A stretch of DNA of 63,969 bases, counting the filler, from Ionaspis alba (lineage: Eukaryota), in assembly GCA_964255285.1 (NCBI GenBank). It is 3 parts of 3 records of this genome, joined end to end, with 100 filler letters (N's around TTAATTAATTAA, not from the genome) between each part and the next. Parts side by side here need not be neighbours in the genome. Positions count along the whole stretch, not along the records: positions 21,512 to 42,921 come from CAXUUL010000223.1; 2 more parts are not named here. The stretch is one strand, 5' to 3'. The translations under genes and the position numbers were made by a program. Below the pieces are notes generated by a model. That model searched no databases and was not told the origin of the DNA. It saw nothing but the letters and a program-made list of their open reading frames with translations. Each line of letters starts with the position of its first letter. Positions within the stretch are counted from its first letter, which is position 1. Shown one piece after another: positions 23,840 through 34,587 of the stretch.

Positions 23840-25453
23840 TCAACCGCTGGCTTTCGTTGTAAGAAACTTCTCGTCCATCTCCCCTAGCAACTTCGACACG
23901 TCCGTGTCGCAAGCCTTCCACTCGCGCGCCACCACTTCCCAGCTATTAGATGAGCGCGGCATGAACTTGACCTTGAAAGGCGCCGGCGGCACGGTGAAGG
24001 TATGTCGGAGTTCCGCCGTCGGGTCGACGGGCGCGCCTTCGACCTCCAAGAAGTCGAATGTCCAGAGTAGGCGCGCCATCTGCATGTACATGCCATCCTC
24101 GGCGACACGCTTGCCTGCGCAAGTGCGGCGACCGTAGCCAAAAACGGGAGTGGGGAGATCATTGCGCAGCTCGCCATTGGTGGCATCGCGGTCGGTGAAC
24201 CATCGTTCAGGCACGAAGTCCTCGATGTCGTCGCCAAAGTACTTGGTATCGCGGTTGATGCCCCACGCGTTGGGCATGATGAGCGCGTTGGCCGGGATGA
24301 GGAAGCCATTGTATATGTCGTCTTTCTCGACCCGGTGCGGGATCGAGTCCGCCATGATAGGCCGCCACCGCATCGTCTCGCGCAGGAAAGCATCGACGTA
24401 GGTCAGTTTCGGCCGGTCGATGAAGTTGGGGAGGCGGTGGGGGCCGACGACTTCATCCAGCTGGGCCTGGGCCTTGCGCACGGCCGCCCGCTGCGTGATG
24501 GCTGCGACAATCACCCACATGAGCTCACGCGGGGAAGTTTCGATGCCGCCGTAGACGTTGGTCTCGAGATTGGCCTCGATTTCGCGGGGGTTGGAGCCTT
24601 CTTTCATTCCGATGGCATACGATTGCTTGGCTAGGTTCCACCCAGGACGCTCCAGGGCCGTGATCATATGACCGTGGACCCAGGGAACGGTATACTGACG
24701 CACCTTGGCAGCGGCCTTCTGGTAGGGCGATAGCATCTTGGGGAGGGACTTGAGGATGGGAAAGAAGTTGAGGAGCGTCTGGGACACGGCGATGGCGTTG
24801 GAGTCGTGCGAGCTTTTGAGGATGCTGACAAGGTTGGGATCTAGGTAGTGAGGGGTGCGGAAGCCATATGTCCCGCCAATCACAAAGCTGGTCTGGACGC
24901 GTTCAATGTGCCTGAAGAGGAGCTCGCTGCTCATGCCTGTCGTTCTGGCGGTCTTGTCTTGGAGGAGGTCGTTCAGGAGCTGGCACGTCTCGAGCTCCAT
25001 GAGGCCGTGGAAACGAGGAGCATATGCGCCGGTCATGCCTGACTCGAGCATGCGCCGGTGCAGCCTGTACTTGGGGCCGTACTGCCGAGTGAGTATGAGC
25101 TTGCTCTCCCAGGCCTCAGATTCGTCCAATATCTCGATGAAGGGCAGCCTGGCGCGGCCGCTGTAGTTGGCGAATCTCTTGACGATGAGGTCGTGCGCCA
25201 CATCGTGGGAGTTGATAATGATTATTGTCAGGGGGCCGACCTCGACCGACGCCAGCGGGCCATATTGCTGTCCGATCTTGTACCAGTACTTATGCTTGTC
25301 TTCTGCAACGGCACGCAGGTGGCCAATAAGTGGATATCCTCGAGGCCCTGGGGGAAGGGGGGAAAGAGGGGCCTTCTTGCGTGAGATTAGCCTCGAGATA
25401 ATCAGTGATATGACAATAAAGACAAAGGCGGCGGTAGGTAGAATCAGAGCCAT
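23840..25453 (-). CDS. Cytochrome P450 (CYP64/OrdA-like group), intronless
   Basis: TM anchor followed by PLPPGP; GGIETS I-helix; ETMRWRP; PERW; FGYGRRTCAG. Start placed at MALILPT (25453). Confidence 0.93.
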   Translation of the reverse strand: MALILPTAAFVFIVISLIISRLISRKKAPLSPLPPGPRGYPLIGHLRAVAEDKHKYWYKIGQQYGPLASVEVGPLTIIIINSHDVAHDLIVKRFANYSGRARLPFIEILDESEAWESKLILTRQYGPKYRLHRRMLESGMTGAYAPRFHGLMELETCQLLNDLLQDKTARTTGMSSELLFRHIERVQTSFVIGGTYGFRTPHYLDPNLVSILKSSHDSNAIAVSQTLLNFFPILKSLPKMLSPYQKAAAKVRQYTVPWVHGHMITALERPGWNLAKQSYAIGMKEGSNPREIEANLETNVYGGIETSPRELMWVIVAAITQRAAVRKAQAQLDEVVGPHRLPNFIDRPKLTYVDAFLRETMRWRPIMADSIPHRVEKDDIYNGFLIPANALIMPNAWGINRDTKYFGDDIEDFVPERWFTDRDATNGELRNDLPTPVFGYGRRTCAGKRVAEDGMYMQMARLLWTFDFLEVEGAPVDPTAELRHTFTVPPAPFKVKFMPRSSNSWEVVAREWKACDTDVSKLLGEMDEKFLTTKASG

Positions 25454-26028
25454 GTTGCCGGGATGGTTTTTCTGGGCACGAACGAGAGAAACGTAGAAGT
25501 TGAAGAGGTCCTTTAGAGCTATTATGCCCAGCTCGAACCCAACTTCGCAGGCCGACTGAGTCTTATAGGCCATGCCGAAGGTGATGGTAAGCACAATGCT
25601 CTTTCACCATCTTACCAGGATGCCTCATCTCCATCGGGGCTTGCCGGCTGAGAAAGCATGACTGCTCCATCTCACACCCNNNNNNNNNNNNNNNNNNNNN
25701 NNNNNNNNNNNNNNNNNNNNNNNNNNNNNNNNNNNNNNNNNNNNNNNNNNNNNNNNNNNNNNNNNNNNNNNNNNNNNNNTCTATAACTCTAAATATATGT
25801 CTGACAGGTAAGGATTTCCGATCGGGCCAGAAGCGTGGTGCGAGGTACAGCTCCTGTCATTCTTTTTGCGACTGTGTATATATAATCACGAAACTTCTCT
25901 CTTTGGCCCTCCATGTACATATAGTGACAGCCTGTATTTCTTATCCTTATGGGACTAGGCTGTTTGTTGCCTGATAGATTCTCATCTTGCCTCGATTCTT
26001 TACCTCATTCAGCTTATATCTGAACAAG

Positions 26029-27325
26029 ATGGGCAGCGCCGCTCCTCTCGTGCCTGACGATAGCCAGTTCACCGTATCCCTGAACGAATATGGCGCCCTC
26101 CTCTCCCATCTCTTCCAGAAGATTGACTATCGACTGCCCAAGCCCTACTACAACCCTGCCATCGAGTCGGCCCTGGCCAAGTACATCGAGGAGCAGCCGT
26201 GGTCGGACAATCTGAAGGCCCGCTCGGACAAGTACGCTAAGCAGGCCGTGGGCATCGCGTCGTGGTATCCGCGGGCATCTTTTGCCTGCCAATTCAACTG
26301 TGTGATCATCACCCTCCTCGTGATCATCTACGACGAGGAATACGCTAGCTTTGGCACCACCGGCACCGAATTTTCCTCGAGACTGGTGCGTGGACAGCCG
26401 CAGAAGGCGCCCTTTCTCGACTCGTTAGCGTAGTAGGTGTCCCTCAGCAGATATATGACAAAACATCCTAACATGGCGGACTAGTTTCCTCCAAAACACC
26501 AACCGGTACCTCGGTCTATATGGGTCATCGATGGTCATCAAGACGACGATCGAGTTCGTCGAAGGCACCAACGTGGAGAACGACTTCAACGAGTTTGTGC
26601 CTGTAGATGCCCTACGCTTCCCGCGCTACCTCCGCGTCAAGACTGGCTTCGCGGAAACATATGCCCACGCCATCTTCCCCAACGACACGTTCCCTGAAGA
26701 ACAGTACCGTAGACTCTACCTTCCCGCGCTGCCCCCGCTCTGCGACATCATCGACTTCACCAATGACATCCTGTCCTTCTACAAGGAGACCATCCGCGGC
26801 ACGGAGCGCATCAACTACATCTGCAACGTCGCCAAATCGACCGGCAGGAGCGCGCTGGAGTGTCTCCAAGAGAGCATCGACGTTGTCGCCAACCGCGTTG
26901 CCGAGGTGCGCCGTATCCTGAAGCCGCACCCGGCGCTCCTGGAGCATGCAAATGACTACCTGGCCGCCTATATCGGTTGGCACATCCGCACCACCTCGCG
27001 CTACCACCTGGACGAGGTCAAGATCATCGTCGGAGTGGATATCGCGGATATAGTAGAGCTGGGCTTGTCGGCGGCGGTCAAGCCAAATCCCACAATGGCG
27101 GCAGCAAACGAGTACATGCCGGCCAGCGTGTTGATTCCAGTTAAGCCAAATGGCACGATGGCGGCAGCGAACGGGTATGTGACGGCCGACATTTCGGCGA
27201 TGCTGAAGCCCAATGGCACGATGGCGGCAGCAAACGATTATGTGACGGCCGGCGTATCGGCGGTGCTCAAGCCCAATGGCGCGATGGTGGCAGCAAACGA
27301 GTATATAACGGCCGGCGTGGCCTAA
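26029..27325 (+). CDS. Trichodiene-synthase-like (Tri5 family) class I terpene cyclase with C-terminal repeat tail (2 exons)
   Basis: Intron 26433-26484 (GTAGGT..CTAAC..TAG) joins the ORFs in frame. Acidic motif IIYDEEY, RYLRVKTG, NSE/DTE motif NDILSFYKE and C-terminal RY (TSRYHL). Confidence 0.9.
27062..27322 (+). repeat. Coding tandem repeat, 4 x 63 bp (21 aa)
   Basis: AAGCC(a/c)AAT recurs at 27080, 27143, 27206 and 27269, an exact 63-nt period. Consensus SAxxKPNGTMAAANxYxTAxx. Confidence 0.95.
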
Positions 27326-27769
27326 AGGGTGATAGATATGGCTAGATCTCTTTCTAGATTGTTATGGTGTTAGGAGGCTCCCATACGTTTATATCTGATA
27401 TTTATTCAATGTTACGTGACCAAATGATTACGGCAAATTGCGATCCTGAAATCACTCTCTTGTTTTGTAGTATATGAGAGATGTTTTTGAATAGATAGTA
27501 ATAGGAAAGCATACATGTATTTTGCTCTACGCGCGGCGGCTTGGCCATTACATGCCAAGGGTGCTGAGATGATCGGTGTCTCAGGTACGCCCTTTGCCCC
27601 GCGCTAGGTGACAGCTAGGTGACACGAGTGACAGCTGTAACACGCTAATTAATGGTACTGAGGCAGCCAATAGATGGAGAGCTGTTTTTTTTTTGACGTC
27701 GAGGCGGATTGAGATTGTTTGTTTGGACAAACACTGCTGTTGGAATGGATTTTTGAACTTGTGAAGTCA

Positions 27770-28510
27770 AATACATTCTGCAAGCCATATCATGATTTCC
27801 CGTTCCTTCCTCATCAGGTCTCGACCCGTACAGGTGCCATGCGGCTGGAAATGTATACAGATCATCATCATCCTCAGTGTGGCATCGGCGATCTTTACCT
27901 GAGAATGGAGCCATCTGCAAATAACTCGCTTCCAACTGCCAATGCCACAAATATGCAAAAGCTTCGCTTTCGCAATGCATTGAACATCCCGTGCTCGATC
28001 CGAAGAACCGCTGTCCCAGGACTCATGGAGCTCTTGCTGCATGAACAGTAATCCCAAGTGTCAGTCCTTTTCAACACCTCGCTCTCGGTCACCATCCATG
28101 GCATACCTAAGCCACTACTTCCTGGAGAAACGCCACCACTGCAGACAATATACATCCCGCTGTTCCGTTTCGTAGGGAACAACAACTTTCACATACCCAG
28201 CGTAAGGCTCGATGGCATCATTGCTGATATTGTACGGCTCCAGGATGAAGCTTTTGAGCGTGGCTATGTCCACTGGATCTTCCTTGAGAACCACTACAAA
28301 CCCGAAGCCTGGAAAGCGAAGGCCACTAGTCAGGGCCATGGTCGTTTAGGGCTAAACGACATCTCCGTCCCACAGTTAAATGAGATGCCTCAGAATGGAG
28401 TGGAGTGGATCGAGTTCTGTATTTGCGAAGCAGGCTCGAATGGAGGTATCAGACCTGATCTTAATCTCTTGTCTTAAGACACGAGGAGTTAGGTTGAGAG
28501 GTGCATATTA
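27770..28510 (+). pseudogene. Truncated pseudogene copy of the tandem unknown family
   Basis: KPYHDFP..RLEMY..DLYLRM..NMQKLRFR..LLHEQ*S..HIPSVRL..LQDEAFERGYVHWIFL..KPEAW aligns to the 29348 and 32635 proteins. In-frame stops at 28049 and 28475 plus a further TAG replacing a conserved Trp. No start region or C-terminal half. Confidence 0.8.
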
Positions 28511-29347
28511 GCTTCGGGAGGTCAGACGGTCCAGCTGTTCATAGAATTTGGAGGAGCTTTTAGAATAACGAACGCGCGGAAAATGTGTCAATTCTTCTAC
28601 CCATCATTGCCTTCTTGAGCTACTGTTTCTAGTCAAATGATTGAGCACGGTTCATCTTGATGAATACAGATACTTTGGTGCACTTATCAGCTGTAATACT
28701 ATGTTTAGAGCTTGTCCTATTAGAAAAATCCAGTAGCTTGTTCGATGAGGTTATTAGTGACAGCAGACTTGGATTTACTATTCTTTAACTTTGTCGGCTT
28801 TGACATCTATATTTCTTGAGGACCAAACGATCGAAATGCCTAAATGACATTGACATTTAATACCGCAAGCACCATGAGCTATGTCTAGCTCCTTAGCTGC
28901 TCGTAGGTTAGCATGTGGCTTCTATATATATATAATCTCTGTCAAGCATTGATTGCGCGTTCGCAATATTCATGGGGATTCTTACTTTGGATAACCGAGA
29001 CCCTAGCCTAGCAGGGATCTCAAAAGCGTCCGTCAACAACACTATACCCGTACATATCTTGACTTCAGAATTTCGGGTCCAAACGCTTCAAGATACTCGA
29101 ACTGAGCTGCCGTCCTGTTTCTCATCTCGAGAACACCTCAGTGTTGCTGCTCAATCACAAAGTAGTGTCTTTAAGCTGCTATTATCAAAGCAGCATTTGC
29201 ATCAACTCAACACAGCTGTCTGAATACGCTGCGGACGTTCACGTTTTCACAACATCAAAGACGACACCGATGGTGAGGCTTGTATTGGCAAGAAGCTCAA
29301 GATCTCGAGTTAGCCGGATTGCTGGATTGTGTTCTTGATTGACTGCG

Positions 29348-31531
29348 ATGAATCAAGCAATGTTTACCTTTCCCATCCCAGCTGAGGCTGGCTGGGGCCC
29401 AAATAATCTTCCACCTGAGCTGTTCAGGTTGGAACCCCCTGCTAACTGGGGACAAGTCAACTGGCCCAACTGTCTCGATGCCCATGGTCAAGTAATACGT
29501 GACCACCGTGGGAGGCCGTACAAAGATTATCCAATTCCTCCGACCATCTCTGTCGATCCTGAGGACTACCGTTTGGAGATATATGGCGATCGCATCGATC
29601 CTAGGATTGAATATCGTGATCTTGTCTTCCGCATGCATCCAGATCCCACATATTCAATATTGAGCACGCAGGCGATGAACATGCGTCGTACAAGGTTTCG
29701 AGACCAACATGGTCTCCCTTGCCATACTCGCCGTGCAGACTTTCCATCCGTCAGTGAACTCCTAAAACACGAACAGTACTCTTGGGACTCTGTGCAGCAC
29801 AACACTTGTCTCCCAGTCCAGCCAGGAGGGCTGATCAGACCTGCATTACAAGCCGGAGGCCCTGCAGTAGTACCACTTCCAGCGAATACTTTCCTGGGTG
29901 GTGTTACACACCACACGCCGAGTGCTCGACTAACGATGGTGTACGAGGAGATCTCCTACTTGCAAGCGTTAGCTTTTGAAAACGGTTGTGCACATTGGAT
30001 TCTCCTACCCAATCATCTCAAGCCAACCGCGTGGACATTAAGAAGAACAGCTCAGCATCGGCCATTTCAAGGACCCAACGATGTCACGTTTCCAGAACCT
30101 AATGCTATTCCACAAACGGCTTTCGCATGGATCAAAGAATGCATTATCGAAGCGGCAGCTGGGACAAGCGGCATGAATATACCGATGTTGAACACCTTAC
30201 CACCGCATGCCCGTGGCTGGGTTTCTCGTTGTATCAGACTTGGCCAGAATAGGGGCCAAAATTTTGGTAACAACACCAATAATGCCACAAGTATTGCCCG
30301 TCCCACGGGTCCCGCTTCTCATACAGGCTTCATTCCTCTCACCAACGCCATTTCTCTGAGTAGTATCTCGCATCCCGCTGTCCACACTACTGCACCTTCT
30401 ATCGATCCAAATCTCGATCCAAGGCTCTTTTCGTCCACCTCCTCGCCGGGAAATCCTTCGCTCGATCTGGTACTTACCGGTCTCATCGACAGCACAGAGG
30501 TCAATTCGGAGGCTCCGAACGTTCACAATTCACACAACTCAGACCATGCGCTGAGAAAACCTAAGCATGGTTCTGCTGGGGAAAGCGACCGAGGAAGCTC
30601 CGAACACCGCGGACCATATAGCGAAATTGATAGCAACATGGTGAGTAACGAAGACAGTACAGACAATGACAAGGACAACAGCAGTATTGATAGTAGCTAC
30701 GGCAAAGACACGAACAAGGATATACGCGGTGACGACAGTGCAGGCAACGACGAGGATAGTGGTCAGGATGATAATCTAAACGACGAAAACGGGATGAACA
30801 GGGACATCCACAACAACGAAGTGGAAGACAACCCTCACAACAGTGACACGGGTAGTGCAAGAAAGCACAGATCTCCAGGAGATGGGAACTACAGTGATTC
30901 AAACAAGGACCCAAATCATCACTCAAATGGGATCAAGGCCGGAGCTCACGTTGAACAAGAATTGAGGCACTCAAATCCTGCTTTCCACCCTGCCGACACG
31001 AGCTACAGAGAGTCTCAGGTGGATGTTGGAGACCCAAGTCAGATTCACGATGTCGGGCCAGAGCAGTCGATCTATGACGGGTATAGCAGTGACGATTCCA
31101 CCAAAATTTCTGGGCCAGGGATCTATGCATCACCAAGTCCAGATCCAAGGCGAGCACGGCTGGACGAGAAAGACTTCCACCAGCCACGCAACAACGATGA
31201 TGGCCACCGCACTGGAGTCAAGGGCAGCAAACGCAAAAGAGAGCCTACACCAGACGTGGAGCCGAACAGCAAGAGGTTCAAGCTGTACCGTGAAACCATG
31301 AGCTCCTTACTCCCACAAGAATCAGCGACAACCGCATTGCCAGTTGTGCATGATTCCAGCTCTAGATCAAGCACTAGCACTGGAAGTGTATTTGGTGACT
31401 CGACGTATGATCCCATGCAGACCTTCCTGGCTTCCGAGTATGGGGTAGCTTTTTGCGATCTCTGGCCCCAATGCCGAGGTATGCCCTATTGTTCGAATTG
31501 TCGACTTTCACATCTCCCAGACGACATTTGA
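29348..31531 (+). CDS. Uncharacterised protein, tandem family copy A (conserved N-domain, acidic disordered linker, NLS, C-terminal Cys4 motif)
   Basis: Long ORF. About 290 N-terminal aa are clearly homologous to the copy at 32635. Contains KRKREP..SKR and ends with CDLWPQCRGMPYCSNCR. Start codon uncertain. Confidence 0.8.
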   Translation: MNQAMFTFPIPAEAGWGPNNLPPELFRLEPPANWGQVNWPNCLDAHGQVIRDHRGRPYKDYPIPPTISVDPEDYRLEIYGDRIDPRIEYRDLVFRMHPDPTYSILSTQAMNMRRTRFRDQHGLPCHTRRADFPSVSELLKHEQYSWDSVQHNTCLPVQPGGLIRPALQAGGPAVVPLPANTFLGGVTHHTPSARLTMVYEEISYLQALAFENGCAHWILLPNHLKPTAWTLRRTAQHRPFQGPNDVTFPEPNAIPQTAFAWIKECIIEAAAGTSGMNIPMLNTLPPHARGWVSRCIRLGQNRGQNFGNNTNNATSIARPTGPASHTGFIPLTNAISLSSISHPAVHTTAPSIDPNLDPRLFSSTSSPGNPSLDLVLTGLIDSTEVNSEAPNVHNSHNSDHALRKPKHGSAGESDRGSSEHRGPYSEIDSNMVSNEDSTDNDKDNSSIDSSYGKDTNKDIRGDDSAGNDEDSGQDDNLNDENGMNRDIHNNEVEDNPHNSDTGSARKHRSPGDGNYSDSNKDPNHHSNGIKAGAHVEQELRHSNPAFHPADTSYRESQVDVGDPSQIHDVGPEQSIYDGYSSDDSTKISGPGIYASPSPDPRRARLDEKDFHQPRNNDDGHRTGVKGSKRKREPTPDVEPNSKRFKLYRETMSSLLPQESATTALPVVHDSSSRSSTSTGSVFGDSTYDPMQTFLASEYGVAFCDLWPQCRGMPYCSNCRLSHLPDDI

Positions 31532-32634
31532 GCCGGCGATTGTTTTGCCATCTGCTCATATCTCATGGGCGAGTCACTTGCCTAAGGGTCATTCAACCAT
31601 TAGGGAGACCTGTTGGGCTGGGGGTTTTGTGGCAATGTGGCAGTTTCGGGAATGGCTGCGGGAGAAAGACCAATTACATGACTTGAGATGAATGGATGAT
31701 TCATCTTGGTTCTGCGATTCTGGGTGAATTTCTGAACAGTCATGAGAACAAGGAAGATCAAAAATGGAGGGGTGAAAGCTTTTGACTTCAGTAGTCTTCG
31801 CAATAACAACTGAAGGACACCCACAACGATCGACGTGAGCGGAAGCGTTGCTCATGACTCGAAAGATATGTGGCGGCAAGCATCAAATCCGTCTACGATT
31901 CCATCTGTATTTGTAATTCGTGAGTTCTATGCAAAGCTAAACTGGTTGTTCGCCTTAGTTCTTATCCTTGCGATCTGGCTGGATATTTGTGACAGCTTCG
32001 TTAGTAACAGGTTCTTTTGAAAGCGAGATAGCACGCTTCTCCGAGCCCATACCCAGGCCAAGAAAGATTGGGTTCTGGTGCATACTTTGACTGGGTTTTA
32101 TTTTTAGGCATACCATGTGGTTAAGCACCCATCTTCGAGGCATTGCAGCTCTCTGTCACTTCGGATAATTAGCTTAATTATGTTCACTTTATATATGAAC
32201 GCTGCGAAGATCGATATCTGACAAAAGCAGAGGGTAGCGGTTACACGTACACTCAGTCAAATACAAATGCCTGTAAAATCGTCTTCTAATCTTGTTGGAC
32301 AGCTGCGCCGTCAACACTTTTTCCCCTTTTAGGGTTTGGCGAAAATATAATTAGCCGAGACCATGTGACTTCATCGGCGCGGTCAACAAAAGACTCGACG
32401 CGCCAACACGTAAGGATTTTGTTCACGATCACTATCAACCTCTTCAGCAAGTATCAGGTATCATCAGATCGACTGGCCCTTTTGCTTTATCCGTGTCCAC
32501 AGGTTGCATAGCAATACGTGCAAAAGAAGCATTTGTGACAACACCTCCAGGGCCACAGTAGCAGTGGCACGATCCGAGAAACTCGCACCTAAGGTTACCA
32601 AGATCTCCGTCGTAACAGAGAAAGGTGAAGCAAG

Positions 32635-34587
32635 ATGGGTACGCTCACCCAAGTTGGTGTTAACCATCGATTCGATACTGACTCCTGATCGAACACAGCA
32701 GCCAACCAGCCTTTTTCTCTAACCACAACACCAATCGCGTCCGAAGCAGGGTGGTCAGGACAAAACCTTCCGGCAGAACTGTTCAGGCTGGAGCCTCCAT
32801 CTACCTGGAGCCAAGGCGTACTCCCAAACGTTGCGATGCATGGTCAGGTAGGTTTGGGGAACAACCGACCATACAAAGCATTCCCAATCCCACCCCACAT
32901 CTCCGTCAATCCAGAAAATTATCGACTCGTTATGTACGGCGATCGTACCGATCCTCGTCTTACATACCGAGATTTGATATTCAGAATGTACCCGGATCAA
33001 GCTCATGGTCTGATGACAACACAGGCAATGAGTATGCAGAGAACCAGATTCCGAGATCTTCTTGGATTAGCATGTTGGGTGAAGCGAACAGACTATCCCT
33101 CGTTAAACGAGATGCTAAAGACAGAACAACTGTCGCTCAATTCCGTACGCCGAAACACCAGCCTGCCTGTAAGGCCTTGGGGTCTCGTGAGGCCAGTTTT
33201 GGAACCGGGCACGTTCCCAGTAGCTCCGCTGCCACTGAATTTCTTCACTGGCAGAACTCAAACCCACGTCCCAAGTCCGCGTCTGGTAAAGGTCTTCAAT
33301 GAAATTGCCAAACTGCAAGACATTGCCTTCGATCAAGGCTATGCTCACTGGCTCTTTCTGCCAAACCACGACAAGCCCAGTGCATGGAATAACAAAGCAG
33401 AGTCACAGCACAGATCTTCGACTGGTCCAGGAGACGTTACATTTCCGGAAGAAGCAGCAATTCCCAGGGACGCTCTCGACTGGATCAAAGAGTGTGTGGT
33501 TCTTGCAGCATCCGGAGAGAGTGGAATGGCAGTTCCGAACGTCCAAGTCCTGCCAAGGCACGCTATCGGTTGGGTTTCCGATTGCATACAAGAAGGTCAA
33601 GACAAAGCTGCAGCCCTAGCTGCGACGCCTGCAAACACTCAAGCAGCGGCTCCGCCTTCGGATAGTACGAGCAAAAAAGATCGCAGTGCTGATTTAATCG
33701 GCGAGGAAGACAACCCTCTTCTTGGGGACTTCGGTGCAGGAGTTCATGGTGAAGAAACAGGAGATAAAGGTGGAGAAGAAAGCGGGGACAAGAGTGGTAG
33801 ACACAATGATAACGATGTTAATGGAAGCATCGACGTTGAAGATGAGGAAATACTCTCAAATGCAGGCTTTGACGAAGATGTGTACACGGACGACATAGCC
33901 GAAGAGATCGAAGGTCATGCAGCAAGTACAACGGAAAAGAGCCACAATGCGCAAACAGATCCACAAGCCATAAACAACAAAGTCACGGACTGGCTGAAGG
34001 GTTCTTACACGCCTCTGGATGTTTTAGCAGATCATCAGCCTGGTTCCCGAAAGCGTGGCCGAACTCCTGATCAGGAATATGCAAGCCCAGTCAAGCGTCA
34101 GAAAACGGGCCCGGGCCTAAGTCCACTTCAAGAAGTCCAAGAAGATACAGACCAGCCGATTGAATATCTTGCGAGAGGCAAGAAGCGTGGCAGAGAGCCC
34201 GATACAGAGCCTTGGGAGCCATCAAAGCGTCCAAGGACCTCCTCGAACACTCACAACGCATTGTTCACAGGTTCTGCCGCCCAAGCGATGCTTACTGGCT
34301 CCGACGGTCAGGCCCTATGGAGACCAACTCCATTCTTGCCGCAACTTCAACCACAGTCGGTCTCCGCCAGTCCAAACATGCGTCCGATCGGGATTTCCAA
34401 TTCCGCTATCGCAGAGGCCGGATCAGAAAGGGTGGTTGTCGATCCGCGCATTCTGACCCAGCAGTACAATGACCCCTTCATGGGAGATTGGTGGCTACCT
34501 TTGCCGCAATCCCCAGGACGGGTCTTCGATCCATGTGAAGATTGGCCAAGCTGTGGGGGACCATCATATTGCTCGAGTTGTCGTTGA
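32635..34587 (+). CDS. Uncharacterised protein, tandem family copy B (2 exons)
   Basis: Micro-exon ATGG plus intron 32639-32698 (GTACGC..CTGAC..CAG) extends the 32836 ORF in frame to include EAGWSGQNLPAELFRLEPP, matching copy A (EAGWGPNNLPPELFRLEPP). Ends with CEDWPSCGGPSYCSSCR. Confidence 0.8.

Noticed and set aside
22715..24634. Long alternative-frame and antisense ORFs over the P450 genes
   Set aside because: These are shadow ORFs expected from GC-rich codon usage and have no recognisable motifs.
25632..25679. TPP-riboswitch-like CGGGG..GGCTGAGAAA
   Set aside because: It lacks the following ATACCCG and CTGAT..TAATGCC..CG.AGG elements, and the neighbouring genes are unrelated to thiamine.
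16689..27325. NLR plus 21-aa repeats read as a HET-s-like amyloid signalling pair
   Set aside because: The two genes are separated by an artificial linker. The repeats contain Pro and do not show the HET-s-type pattern, and no matching motif is visible in the (truncated) NLR N-terminus.
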